Origin: Marsupella aquatica
Taxonomy: Eukaryota; Plantae; Marchantiophyta
Direction of reading: 5' to 3'
DNA: 64,000 nt
NCBI GenBank assembly: GCA_973895155.1
Contig: OZ316895.1
Coordinates: 21,090,458-21,154,457, forward strand
The notes beneath the pieces are model-generated. The model was not told where the DNA came from, ran no database searches, and worked only from the letters and a program-made list of their open reading frames with translations. Position 1 is the first letter of the stretch, and each line of letters opens with the position of its first letter. Below, piece after piece: positions 51,389-64,000 of the stretch. A program made the translations under genes and the position numbers.

Positions 51389-51720
51389 ACTTGTCATTTG
51401 TCGGCTCCAAAAGGGGTCATTTGTTGCATATTCGCCGAGATTCCCTGGCCGGCCCCAAACTTTACCGACCATCTCCCGGCCTGGTCCCAAAACCCACCCC
51501 ATCCCAGCCCGGTCCTGAACTCTCGGGGTTGGGGTCGGGACTCAGGGTCGGGGCCCAAAACTTTCCCGACCATCTCCTGGCCTGGTCCCAAAATTTCCCC
51601 ACCCCCTCCTGGCCCGGTCCTGAACTCTCGGGGTTGGGGTCAGGCTGGGTCGGGCCCAGGGCCATGACGACCGGGTGTGACAAATGTCATTTGTTGGGGT
51701 CCAGACCCCTTATTTGTCCA
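51389..51720. repeat. GC-rich ~105-bp tandem duplication flanked by TGTCATTTGT direct repeats
   Basis: CCGACCATCTCC.GGCCTGGTCCCAAAA...CCCGGTCCTGAACTCTCGGGGTTGGGGTC occurs twice. Confidence 0.8.
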
Positions 51721-52349
51721 AAAAGTCCAAACCAGGCTCCACAGGCCAAACTGAATAATGAGAGGAGACACTGTCTTGGTGTAAAATTTTAGCATCCTAA
51801 TTGGTCCCTCTATTATTTGGTCAGATGCTTGTGCTTGTCTGTTTTTTAAAATGACTTGTTTTTTAGACCATCTTATTAGTTTGGTGCTCTAAAATTTTGA
51901 TCTGTGGGACATTCTACTAGCCGTCTCATTTATGATGCTTGACATTATACAATCATGGATTTTCTCTCCTTACCCATTGATTTCTTTATGGTGTATAGGG
52001 TTGGATGTCCTCTGGATAACCCTTTTCTTTAGTGGCAAAAATTTGCCAAATTCCACCTCCCCAAAAAGCTTTAGCCACTTTTGGCAAAACATTGCTAGTA
52101 CTTTTCTGTCTCATTAGCAAATGTCCTAACCACAGGCCCTATTAATTAGCCAGAATCTAATGGTCATCCTTAAATCTAGGGAGATTCTAAGGAGATATGA
52201 TGGTCTGAAAAATAATCAGATAAAGAATATTTTGAGCATCTTCTCCTTTACACACACTTGAATTGGTTACTCTGGTAAAAAATAGGCTGATGTGGAAAAT
52301 GGCAGCACACTGCACTGCTGCACAAGTATTCCATCATTGTCTAACTGGA

Positions 52350-52735
52350 CATCGTAGGTTTCAACTGACACATTTATGATTGTTGATCTTGGGACATTGA
52401 TTTTAGTCGCTCCATACCGAGCTCCTTACCAGCTGATTTCTTTCTGGTATTATGGCTCGAGTGTCCTGTGGATTGCTAAAGTGCAGCACAAAAGTCGGTC
52501 CTTGTCCAGCCTGCTAGAGTACATCCTAGATGTCAGCTGACACCTTTATGATTGCTGGACATTGATTTTAGTCTCTCCTTACCATGGGATTTCTTTACTT
52601 AGAATTATGTCTTGAGTGTTCTGTGTCCTATTGTTAAAGGGCAGGACAACACTCGGTCCTTCTCTAGCATATAGAACATCCTAGACGTACTTTAGCTGAC
52701 ACATTTATGATTCTTGGTCACAATGATTTTAGTGT
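52350..52735. repeat. Degenerate tandem repeat, ~3 units of ~155-170 bp
   Basis: ACATC.TAG...CTGACAC.TTTATGATT...TGATTTTAGT recurs near 52350, 52520 and 52676. Confidence 0.75.
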
Positions 52736-54570
52736 CTTAGGCTGTTGATTTATTTGTGGTAAGAGCCTGCATGCACATTCTTTGAATGTTCATATAAATG
52801 ATTACAAAAATCATCATAGGACTATCATTTTAACATGCATACTATCTTATCCTTATTTTCACCTGCATACACGTTGGTGGGGCCCTAGAGTAGCCTAGAC
52901 CCCAACTCTAGCTTCTCATTGCCAATTACTGGTAAGACTCTCGCTTGGTGTCGAGTGGATCCATATGGAAAGATATATGATAGTGCCACTGTTGGCTTTA
53001 CAAGAACTCAGCGGCAATAATTTGGTTTTTTTTTCTATGTGTGGGATGCAATCATAGCCATTCAAATGTGGGGATAGGTCACACTTTGGTCTACGTGAAC
53101 TAGGGGGCACAATCAGGCAAAACTATTAACGTGTAGGGCAACCCATCCCCAAGGGAGGGTAATGGGCTGCAATCCCCGAGGGCACTGACCCAAGGGGGTT
53201 ACAACCATTATCCCCAAATGAAGATGAGTTACCAAGCGTAATGCCTGAGTGAAGTTTTACACAACATTCAATTCAGTCTTGCATAGGAAAAGTCTGATCG
53301 GTCACTGCCTGCCACTTGCACTATGCTCTATTCCCCTGCTCTATTCTCATTCAAATTTCATTATCCCCAGGCCAGGCTGGCCTAGGGGTTCTGTGTGGCT
53401 TCACCTGGGGGTAATGCCTCATAACTTCTTACAGACTTCCAAAGGAAAAAATTAAGGAAGGGTTTATGATCCTGCCATCTTCCCCCCAACTCAACACCAT
53501 GGTGCTGTGTTCAAATAGTGGCAGTGGGGAGCTCTATTTAATACAGTGCCTGGGGGGTTGTGATTGAGTTTTGATTTTATTTTATTTGTGGCGTTGTGTT
53601 TGAAATATGATGTTGGGTTCAAATATTGGCGTAAGTTGTGATATAGTGACAAGTGTCAAGATGAATGTAGCCAGCCAGGGTGTAAGCAAGAATGGCAGGC
53701 ATAGAACTTATGTGTCTTAGAGAGAACTAATTGTGCTTGAGTTTAAGCTTCTTCTACTTACCAACAATATTTCCTCTCTAAAAGGAATGTGTGGCTAAAT
53801 AATTCAAACACAGAATGTGAGTCAGTTTAATCTACCTTTTTATGATTCCTGCATGGTGCGTTTGGACATTGATGTAATTATTGTGCAATCATGTAAATTT
53901 GCTGATTGGTCTTTCAGTCTAGTATGTCTGGGATTGACACAATTATTTTGCAATTATGTAAAGTTGTTGATTGGTCTTTCAGTCTAGTATTTCTGGGCCA
54001 TATTGCTCGCAAATAAATTGAAACAACCAATTCTATTCAGGGTCTATGCATTTATTATCTCGAGACATGATGCATTTGGCTCACTCAGGCATGCTGATTA
54101 ATTTTAGTGTGTACAACTGGCCCTCCCCTATGCTTTGAATGGAGATACACAGACTAAAAGCCCCCACCTTCTTGTAAGCATCCCCCAAGGTGCCCCATTT
54201 TTAGACTCTGCTTGTGCCTAGGGATGGGCATGAGATAGAGTCTGGGTACAACACAAGTGTCCTGTCTCTCTTGTGATTCAAAGCGTTTCTTTTTAGACTA
54301 TGCTTGTGCACAGGGACAGGCAAGGGAGTGAGGGTGCACAGGAGCCCTTCCTGTGTACGGGCCGGCACCTGTATTTAGGGTAGTTATTACAATCTTCTTG
54401 ATTTTGATCATGTGTGCTAGCCTCATTACATGCATGTTCTTTGAAAGTAAATAAAGATGAGGGAAAATAAAAACCTTGCAGAAAAATTCCATTCAATTTC
54501 TTGATAGTCTTTGCCCCCATCTGTGTTCCTTGTCTGCACCCTACTCTGCGCCAATGTGCTCTCACTTAAA

Positions 54571-55870
54571 TCAGGTATCCACTCATTTAGATCGAGTCAA
54601 TGTCAAGAGATTCACTCTAGGCCAAGGGAGTAATGCACCAACACTTTCAGGTATCCACTCATTTAGAGTCAACGTCAAGAGATTCACTGTAGGCCAAGGG
54701 AGTTAATGCACCCTCACTTTCAGGCATCCACTCAGTCAAGGTAGTGTGGTCTTCAATTCAGGTTCTAGTTCACTCTGAATACCTTGACACATCAGCACAT
54801 TTCTCAATGATTCTATCTTGTTAGAAACAAACCATATGAATATAATATAGTCTGCTAGGCTAAATTTTTTTCCCTGCGCTGGGTGTTCAGGCTAGGATGT
54901 TGTCGGTTCACATGGCAAAACTTTGTTAGTTCTGTCCATGTTTGACAACCTTAACATAATGTTAAGATTGGTCACTTATCCCTTTATGGGATATACAGTG
55001 TCTCATATATATACTGTCTCCCTGAGTATATGATAGATTATCTCATTGAATATATATTCCATAAAGCGATATCTGCCTCCGTCGACCTTAACCATATATA
55101 TACTTTAGAGTCATCTAGTGTAGAGATTCACTCTATGCCAAGGGATTTATACATGCACCAACACTTTGAGGTATCGACTCATTTAGAGTACGTCTCCGTC
55201 TAGAGATTCACTCTAGGCCAAGGCACGGAGTAATCTTACTTATAAAGCCCAATTACAAGCTCAAGTTGGGGCCTAGGCTTCTAGAGTGAAGCCTCTAGAC
55301 TGTAACTCCATGTCTCATCATGTGAATGGGAAAACTAATGACCATGATGTATGTCAAATCATAAACATGTACATTTTTTGTCATGATTTATTTTTACATT
55401 AAAAATTGGGGTTTATGGCCACCATAACATATGTGCATAAAAAGAGCGATGCACTGCATAGAAAAGGGTATGGTATTATATATGGTTATTAAAATGATTA
55501 TATGCGTGATAATTTTTTTTATCATTTTAGTAACCTTCAAAACATGTGAGTAAGTAATATATTTTGATGATATTTTTATTGTACTCCATGTTATTCATGT
55601 TCAAAGAACGGGTAGGCAAGGCTAGTGTGGGGAGTAATGCACCCTCACTTAAGTTTCAATTCAATCACAATGGTTCTTCGCATAATTATGGTATTTACTC
55701 TGACAAGATAGTTAGGTACAACAGGTAGCAAACACTTAGGCATGGGCTAATCATTGCTAAGTAGCATTAATTAGCCTCATTATTGTTTTTGGTAGTTAAT
55801 CCCTTTGAGGTATGCACTCATTTAGTGTCACCGTCTGACCAGAGATTCACTACAGCCTGGAAGGGAGTAA
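54571..55870. repeat. ~75-bp repeat family, tandem at 54571-54735 and dispersed at ~55100-55230, ~55630, ~55805-55870
   Basis: AGGTATCCACTCATTTAGA...AGAGATTCACTCTAGGCCAAGGGAGTAATGCACC motif. Confidence 0.75.
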
Positions 55871-57144
55871 CTTTTCATTACGGTTTATTATTATGGACCC
55901 CATTAGAGATCCCTTCCAAAATTCAAGACTCCACAGCGTGCCACATCATCAAGACTCCACAGCGCGCCCTAGAAACAATAATGGATTTGTTTCCAAATAA
56001 AAATAAGTATTCATTTCATGTTTGTGGGAAGTTCTTGGTAAAAATGAGAGCGCCATGCCGTAAAACATAATGTAACTTTATGTGACATAACCGTTTTAGT
56101 TACCATTTTAGTTACACCAAAATCTTGAAACAAACATGGTTCGTGACAAATTCCTGAGCCTGAATTGATTGAATGCAAGATTGACATCAAGGTGGCAAGC
56201 GTTCGGAAAAAAGATTGGAAGATGGTCTGCACTATTACTAGCCATACAAGACTTGAACGTGACATGGGTGTGGAAGTTCTTAGGTAGACGAGTTTATAAA
56301 TGAAGATTCTATACAATATATCATACCAACATATTGTGAGATCCAATATCCCTCACTGCACAATGAATGACAAAATTTTGTGCGCATTGACGAAGGGATG
56401 ATGGCTAAGAAGCAAGAAGGAAGAAGGCAAGAAAGAACAAGAACGATGAGACTGGCATGATAACTGTGGGCAAGCTAAGACCAAGAAAGGGTGCCAGGAA
56501 GGACGAGAACGTACTCTGAGAGATTGAACTCTTCACCTCTACATCAATCAGGCAATTCCAGTGCACCTTTCAACTTTTGGTACACTTTGTGAGGTCCGAT
56601 CTCCCCCTTATGCATATGGGATCGTCAAAGGTTACCATTAGCGAAAGAGGAGAACAACTCCCAAAGCTACAATCATCCATTTTCCTTGACAATAATGGCT
56701 TCAGCTATAATGTGAGCATCAATTGATCTTCCCTTTGCAATTTTCCTCTCTCACCCTCATTCTGTTGTTCCAGACTTTTGACGTTAAAAATAAACTTCTC
56801 TTTGTCCCACTTGCTGATCGAATTCAACTCGTCTGACTAAATCTGTATATATGGCTTCAATCAATGCTAGCTACAAATACAATGAACCCTCACCGCAGAA
56901 TATCTAGAATCATCTTAGTCGTAAGGCTCAGGGAAAGCAAAAGCTCCAATAAACACTCAAAACTAGGGTTCTGTAGATAAGGTTCAAAAATTCACTTCTC
57001 AGCTCTAGTCCACACAGTATAGCACACACCTCATTGGGATGAAATATGTACCAGGAATTGGCATTGGCCAGTTTGAAATTAGTTGTTAATAAAAGTGAAT
57101 TATGTACACAGGTAGTGAGAAGCAATTGTCTTTCAGAACGCAAT

Positions 57145-57313
57145 GGTCTTTTCATGGTCAGCTTCATTTTTGTTTTCCATTTGACTGATGTTTTCAATCT
57201 ATAACAACAGAAAATTAGAATGTAGGCAGGTCTTTTCATGGTCAGCTTCATTTTTGTTTTCCATTTGACTGATGCTTTCAATCTATAACAACAGAAAATT
57301 AGAATGTAGGCAG
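57145..57313. repeat. Tandem duplication, 2 x 84 bp
   Basis: GGTCTTTTCATGGTCAGCTTC...AGAATGTAGGCA occurs twice with about one mismatch. Confidence 0.9.
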
Positions 57314-58564
57314 GAACAGTGGCCTGGAGTTTCTGAAGCAAGTCTTGAAAAGGTCAATATATTCAGAGGACAGAGGCTTCCCATGTCATGTGTGATAGGT
57401 GGAAAAGTGGATGTAGCCAATTAATTAATTAGATTACTTTCTCTATTATGACAATCGTCTGTTTCTTCTCTGATGTCTTTTCCAGAGGCGTCGTATACTC
57501 TTATCAAACTCCCTTGAAAGGAAAAGCTTGGTGGAGTGCTGTGCTGTACATGTACTCGAGTAGACACGCCGACATATTTTGGCAGCAATCTTTTGTGGGT
57601 GAGGCTGGCCGTGAGTCTCGATCGTTTGTGGGTGAGGCTGGCCGCGAGACTCGATCTGAGCTAGCCAGCATTAGGGGAAACTGGAGAGATTCTTTTCTAG
57701 CTGAAGAAGTGGAATGAAATCTAGGAAGGAAACCATGATTATGATTTTGCTCCAATGAAGAAGACGTACGTTCCTGCAGAGCCTGCCTCCCACACCGCCG
57801 CTGGCTCCGCGCACGGATCGGTCACTGCAATAGTGCAAGTGTTCCATGCGTCGAAGCGGGCTTTTGCTTTTCAATCCCCAAAAATACAAAATGGCCACAA
57901 CCGTTGACGAATCTTTAGCAGAAAACTGCAGTACTTACTCAAAAAGGGAGGCTGTGGGACCAGAAACCACTCAATTGCTCACGAGTCACCCACGGTGCAA
58001 CGGGCTCACATGGTGAAGCATCAAATCACGAAACTTGCGAAGCAATCTATCCGTGAGTCTCTATCGATCGAGCCTGACCTGACCTGAACCCCATCTCCCA
58101 AAGTTATCAAGCCCCGGAAAGTAGAGATTAAAAAGAAACAGCGGGTGGCCGCGTAGGACAATTTGTTGAGAATCCTGTGTTATGATGTAAAGTTATAAAG
58201 TTAGCTTCAATTAATCTAGCAGTAGAAAGAAGTTGACAGCAAAGCTCAGACTGAGAGAGGGCCGGGCTTTACATTGAAACCCAGCCGTTGTAGTGTTGTA
58301 CTTGTGTTCTCTTTATTTTTGGAACCAGACTTCCGCCGCCAGTCTATAAATTGATCTACAGTTGCGAACGGCAACCTCCAATGGATCATCAGCTGAACTT
58401 CAAATCGAGAGTTGCTGGACCCACCCAGAGGTATGGTCATCTGCAATCCCTGTCCCGATTTCTGTACCCAAATGTGACCAACGTGTAGACATCGTATCAA
58501 TTCAACAAGAAAAGAATCAAGCCGGAAAGTAAACAGGCGCCTGCATCGGGAGTCGATCCCCTTC

Positions 58565-59135
58565 TGTTCAGTTGCGTGTTTTGTGAGGGTTAACAGAAAC
58601 CGAACGGGAAGGCCGCTGGATTTTCTCCTCAACTAAAATGAATCCAAAGCCTTCCTTTCCGAGCGGTGTGTCTGAATAGTTGGATAGTAGATCCACTAGA
58701 AATATGAGAAGTTGTTAATTTGTCCCGGCAACCAATTCAGCAACGAGAAAGCCGCTGGCCTTTCTCCTATACAGCCGTCATCCAGAGATTCCATTCAGCG
58801 CAATGTATCTTACATAGTTGGTTAGATATCCGGACAGTAGAGCTATGAGAAGCTGTTAATTGTCCTCCAGGTTCAGTTGGGTGTTTGTGAGGGCTAACGG
58901 AAATTGAAAGGGAATTGAAAGCCGCTGGATTTTCTCCTCAATTTAAAATCAACCTAATTAAAGCCTTCATTGAAAGATTCCTTTCTGCGCAGTGTGCCTC
59001 AACAGTTGATGAATTTTTCTCCTTAACTTAAAATCAATCCAAAACCTTCATTGGGGGATTCCTTTCAAGCGTTTGCCTGAGCAGTTAGTTAATTAGAAGA
59101 TCCAGTAGACTTATGAGAAGCTGTTAATTTGTCAC
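58565..59135. repeat. Degenerate tandem array of ~140-170-bp units
   Basis: Recurrent GCCGCTGGATTTTCTCCT, TCCAAAGCCTTC and ATGAGAAG.TGTTAATT(T)GTC motifs. Confidence 0.75.
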
Positions 59136-62100
59136 AGGTCTTAGCCCTTGCACTGGACTGCTCGAGCTAGCCAGGTTCGTGGTCTAAGGTGCCTTCCCGT
59201 TGGCTACACTGAACGAAACAGAACGAAGCCACAATACTGAAATTTCCTTCCACAGATTCGATGCATTCTTAAGTTCTGCAAAGAATTGACACGTGTGTTT
59301 CAACTTGTGGAAACACTAGCTGGACGAGTTCTTGTTCTACGTTTGCGGCAAGTTTCCTTAGACCATTGACTTTGCTTAGAAAAGATAGAAAATATAGCCA
59401 CACTGGTTTTGCCCATAAAAGAAAGTAGCCTAGTAAGTAGACTTCACCATTTCGTTTAATTTGGTCCGCAAATTAAATCGAGCCAGAGTACGGTCTAAAT
59501 CAATAGCACAATTAACTGTAGCAAATCTCTCTAATGTCCTGGAACGCTTTGAGCATGGCTAGTGCAAAATTATCTTTAAAACCTTCTGACAGAAAATAAT
59601 GGACATATATGTCTGACTAATTCCTGGAAGCTTAACTTTTGCAATGAGCATACATATCTCGGATTTTCTGGATCAGTGTGAATCATTTCTGCTGTTTCAC
59701 TTTTCTCATGAAGACTTATATCTATATATATGTTTTGCATGTGAGATACGCATATGGTAAATGAATGAAGATGCAAGCTCATCCAGCCCTGGCAAACAAT
59801 ACACAAGAGGACAACTCAGCCAAGCCCGGTGCAAAAAAGGAGAAAGTGAGAGGGTTTAAACACATGAATTCAGACTAAGCCCAAGATATAACAGCCTCAC
59901 TCAAAATTACCACGCAGCCCGCAAACGTCCTCCACAAACAACCCCGAGATATTCCATAGTTACCACTAACTGTCATCAGAAATATTTACAGCCAAAATTT
60001 GATTGAAAATGTGTCCAGCCCACAGAAGTATCCAAACTAGCGATCGAGCAATGATGGCTCAGACCAAAAAATCTAGCTACCCTCACATGTGGTCTACGTA
60101 AACTAGTGTATGCTACGTAGGAGTCTAGTGCATGTGGAACTTGGGCCCTCGTGCACTCGATCACGCCTTCGTCTGCAGGTTGCTTTGCAAGTGATCGCAA
60201 TGGACCTCCCTTCTGAGAAAATTTCGCTGTGAGTCTCCTAGATCTCCAGCGCGCTACGTGTCTTCAAGTCAGCTGGGCCCGAACGCTTTAATTCGAGCTG
60301 CTGTGACGTAAAAGCTGACAATGGAACACAGAACAGCTCATCTGGCCAAGCTCTCCCACCGTGCACGGGAGACTCAAGTTGTTGTTCAATATATCCCGGA
60401 GTATTAACACGACCAATTGAGTGCGACTGTCAATTTTGGCTTCTCTAGCTAACGATCGAGTAAGGAACACGTACAACCCCGAACACAATCTTCCAGTTCT
60501 GCCTCAGTGAAAGGTGCTAAAAGAAATTAATGGGAGAGAGCCCTTTACTTCAGGGCATCCATTAGCTGCAGTACGTGCGATCACCGGTTGACAGGAAACT
60601 TAATTATTGGTATATTGATTGGCCCTATACATATAAAAATAGAAGCAACCGCTAATTTTAAAACATTGTCCCACTGATCGATGCATCCTACGCGTATATT
60701 GGCAAGTGAACGGTCACTTACAACGTCGAGCGGGCACCCAGTGCTTGTATATTCATCTCAATGAATGCTCCTTCAGATTCCTCATCGGGCAACGTGGTGT
60801 TTTGGGTGATATTGCATGCCGAGTGATACCGGTTGGGTATATTGGCAAAGCAACGCTCACACGCTGACTGAAACAAATAATTTGGCTGAGTAAACGTACA
60901 CGAAAAAGTTAGAAATATATTCCGCGTATGGATTGACGCTACTAACGTCCAAAATGACAGCACTCCTTGGAAAAGTCCCGGGAAAAGTACTAGAGCGGTT
61001 GCATAGTTCAACGCACCACATTGAGCGGCTTACAATGCATCAGGGTTTTGTTCCTATTCGTAGTATGGCAAATTGCACACGGCAATTAAGCAGAAGCTAT
61101 GCCATAATCTGTGTACAATAGTAAACTAGGAGATCGATGCACTAACCTTCCATTCTAAGATAATACGCCTTGGGCAATTTGAGACAAAGATCGGTGAGAC
61201 TCTGAACGATAACAAAAATTGATCCACAATCAGGACTCTTTCCAGTCTTTCCAGTCTTTCCAGCTAGAGGAAATGGTAGTGGACCCGGTTTGCTCAGAGC
61301 ATGTTCCGTCTTTTGAGTTAGCTTGTTTTAGGATTCACGGTGTTTTTCAAATTAAACCAACTGATCTATCATCTTACTGCAGTTGTTAAAACTTATAAAG
61401 TATCACCACCCACCACACAATCAATCGATCAAAAAGTCAACATGAAAAGCAGGAGGAGAGAATTCTAGAAATATGATAGGTGTCGCCACTCACCTGCCAC
61501 TCACCACACAAGTCATCAAAAAAATCAACATGCAAAGCAGGAGGAGAGAATATAAACACGAAGAAAGCAAATAGCATCACCCGCTGAGTGGTAAAATGAA
61601 TCAGACTAGGTGGCGTAATAATACCTGCAGGATGACAGGATCAGAGAGGTTCAAGGCCAAAGTGCATGCATTGGTCCCAGAACCGCCGGGATGAATAACC
61701 CAACATCGATCCAGTCAAAGGGCGAGTCTACAAGATTAGCTAGAGAGCCAATCCTTCGCGAGTTGGAATGTCAAAAGTTATTCATTTAATTGAAAGATAC
61801 TCTACAGTACGTCCGGGTTGAGTCCAGGGAAAATGCTCTCCATCATAAAGTTCCGAATACTTGTCATTATTCGGCAGCAATCCTGATGTGAACCAAACCT
61901 TGATCTGACGATATATATTCTGTTGACAAAGGTAATTAGACTAGTCAGGAAGCTAGGACAAATTTTGAACTCTCCGGGCAAGGAAAAGAATCTCCACACT
62001 GTCCATACTCTGTGATCATTATTCAAATTAACTAACGATACTTCCTATTGACATCAACCAGGCATGCACATTTCCAAATTACAAACTACACTAGTATTTG

Positions 62101-63659
62101 AGTCTGAAGTCGATCAAGACATCCTGAAGGCACATTTCACTTTTTAAGCAAGTGGAAATGGATCACTGGATCAAGAGCCATCAATTATATATTAAACTTT
62201 CTCAACGTAAGCTCGTTACGTTCCTTACTTGTGTGCAGGGACTAGTTTAGAATGTGTGTACGTGTAGTATCAATTCCATATATATGATTTTTCACCTTGA
62301 TCAATGTTTCAATAGATTCCAATCTCAGCAGCCCATCCACTGGCTTGATGCCGGGCTTGCTGTTCAACTGTCATCGTTAGATTCGAACGCAATGGGCGGA
62401 AAGAGAATTTTGTGTAGTAGACACTTGATTGCCTCTCATCTATGGCAAAAACATGATTAATTGATTCTCATTTACGGTAAAGAACTGTACTTCCAAAAGT
62501 CTTCAGACAAATTAATTTAGTGCTGATCGACCTTCTGATGAAAATAGGTTTACACGCGGTTCAAACAAATTATTACTCTTTAAATCCGGCCGGTTTTCAA
62601 ACTGCATTGTCTGATCTGATATACTAATTATACCCCTTCACACTTATGAGCAGGTCGACTTGTGAGTCGAGCATACAGTGTCAGTGCTAGAAATTTTGTC
62701 TGATGTAAATATACACGTACTCATGAGCAGCTCGACTTGTTTAACACGCGCTGCACGGTGACGGTGCACTTGGAACTTTGGCACTGTTGCAGACTTGCAG
62801 GCATCTCTAAATTTGGGTGTTGAAATGGTCGAAACAACGCTTTCACCATTTCCAGGCAATAAATCGGTAATTAGTACAGTAAGTTGTAATCTGTCCTGTA
62901 CGTTGGCATTTCTAATTCTAATCTCCCGTAAATCCGCCCAGATTTTTGAGAGAATCATACATGGAATCATACATTCCATCTCCACCTGTCGAGGGCACCA
63001 GCTTCAATAGAGGCTTCCAGTCAACGAGTAAACTCAAAGAGACGATCATAACTAAATGGGCTCGCAGCTAGTTGCTACATCGTAGACCTCAGAATATGGG
63101 CCGAGATTACCTCACCCGGTGTACTGTGAGAGCAATCAAACAAGACCACAGAAATCTAGAAAACACTATATAGCCTCTCAAACACGTACTGAACGTGGGT
63201 ACAAGCAAGGCGTGTGGCACCTTCTTCGTTGTGGGTGGACCCAATTCATGATGGCACCGTCATGAAGAAAGCTGCGTCAATATGTTAACCATTACTCAGT
63301 ACATCGATCCTACCAACTAGTCTATAGAATCACTCGCGCGGATTCTCTCTGCTCAATGCAAAGAAGCGTACATACTTAGTGTTACCCGAGATGGAGCTGC
63401 TGTATGTAAGTGGGAGTCTAACAACCTTAGTCAAGCCCTGGTAAGGGAGAAGATACATTACAAAAGTACAACAAGGAAAAAGCTCTAAAGTACAATTTAG
63501 GAAACCGCAAAAGAGCTCCAACCAAATGGGGCGAGCACCAAACTCTAAAGAAGTGTCCAAACGGTAAACCCACAAACTAGAAAAAGGTCCCAAGGCGACA
63601 AACACCAAGAACGTAAACCCTAAGAACTTAATTAGAGATATGACAAAGAAAGAGAAACA

Positions 63660-64000
63660 ATGTACTGTAATGAGCTAGTGGTTCAAATCTAGTGTCGTAT
63701 ATGACTAAGTCTGCAAGTGGTAGATGGATAAGGTAATGGTATAAATTACACAATAGTGTGATGAGCTCATGTACACATCTAGTGTCGTCACTAAGTATGC
63801 AAGTGATACATGGATGCCCTCTAGCGTAGTCTTCCTTTACTGTTCATGCAAGATCAAGACAAGGATTTTTCTTTACATTTTCTAAATAAAATTTGCAAGT
63901 GGTACAATCATGGATGTCGTGTACATGGGATAGTCTTCCTTTACTGTTCATTCAAGACAAGAAATTTTCTTTACACTTTCCAAGTAAAATTAGCAAGTGG
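63660..64000. repeat. Degenerate tandem repeats (~90-105 bp), running off the window end
   Basis: ATCTAGTGTCGT x2, GCAAGTG recurring, and TAGTCTTCCTTTACTGTTCAT...TTTCTTTACA.TTTC x2. Confidence 0.7.

Noticed and set aside
54571-55870. Interspersed ~75-bp repeats as a repeat-spacer array
   Set aside because: Spacing is irregular and the units are degenerate, which fits ordinary tandem or dispersed duplication.
48000-64000. Conserved plant miRNA, tRNA or snoRNA genes
   Set aside because: A by-eye scan found no match to conserved mature miRNAs, tRNA cloverleafs or paired C/D boxes. An Infernal/tRNAscan run would be needed to exclude them.

Overview
Eukaryotic nuclear DNA from a land plant, most consistent with a non-seed lineage (inferred from the TRK-type transporter and gene architecture). 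The left half holds four intron-containing genes: the 3' part of a Trk/HKT-family K+/Na+ transporter with fungal-TRK-like motifs (+, runs in from the left edge); a complete ~27-exon RNA polymerase III largest-subunit gene NRPC1 (+, 7146-17827) with a clear U12-type intron; an orphan coiled-coil gene (-, 24903-19823); and a two-exon PLP-dependent group II decarboxylase (-, 29971-27489) whose motifs look bacterial rather than like plant serine decarboxylase, a candidate horizontal acquisition. From ~30.7 to 49.6 kb lies a nested transposon complex: an internally deleted Ty1/copia element (37580-41636), a nearly intact Ty1/copia element (41879-47576), and a non-autonomous MITE-like family with CTCGGGG-type termini and 8-bp target-site duplications that nests inside itself, inside an LTR and around a copia element. 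The right end (50-64 kb) is mostly degenerate tandem repeats, gene-like debris and a possible spliced transcript without a recognisable ORF. Exon boundaries were read by eye and no database searches were run.
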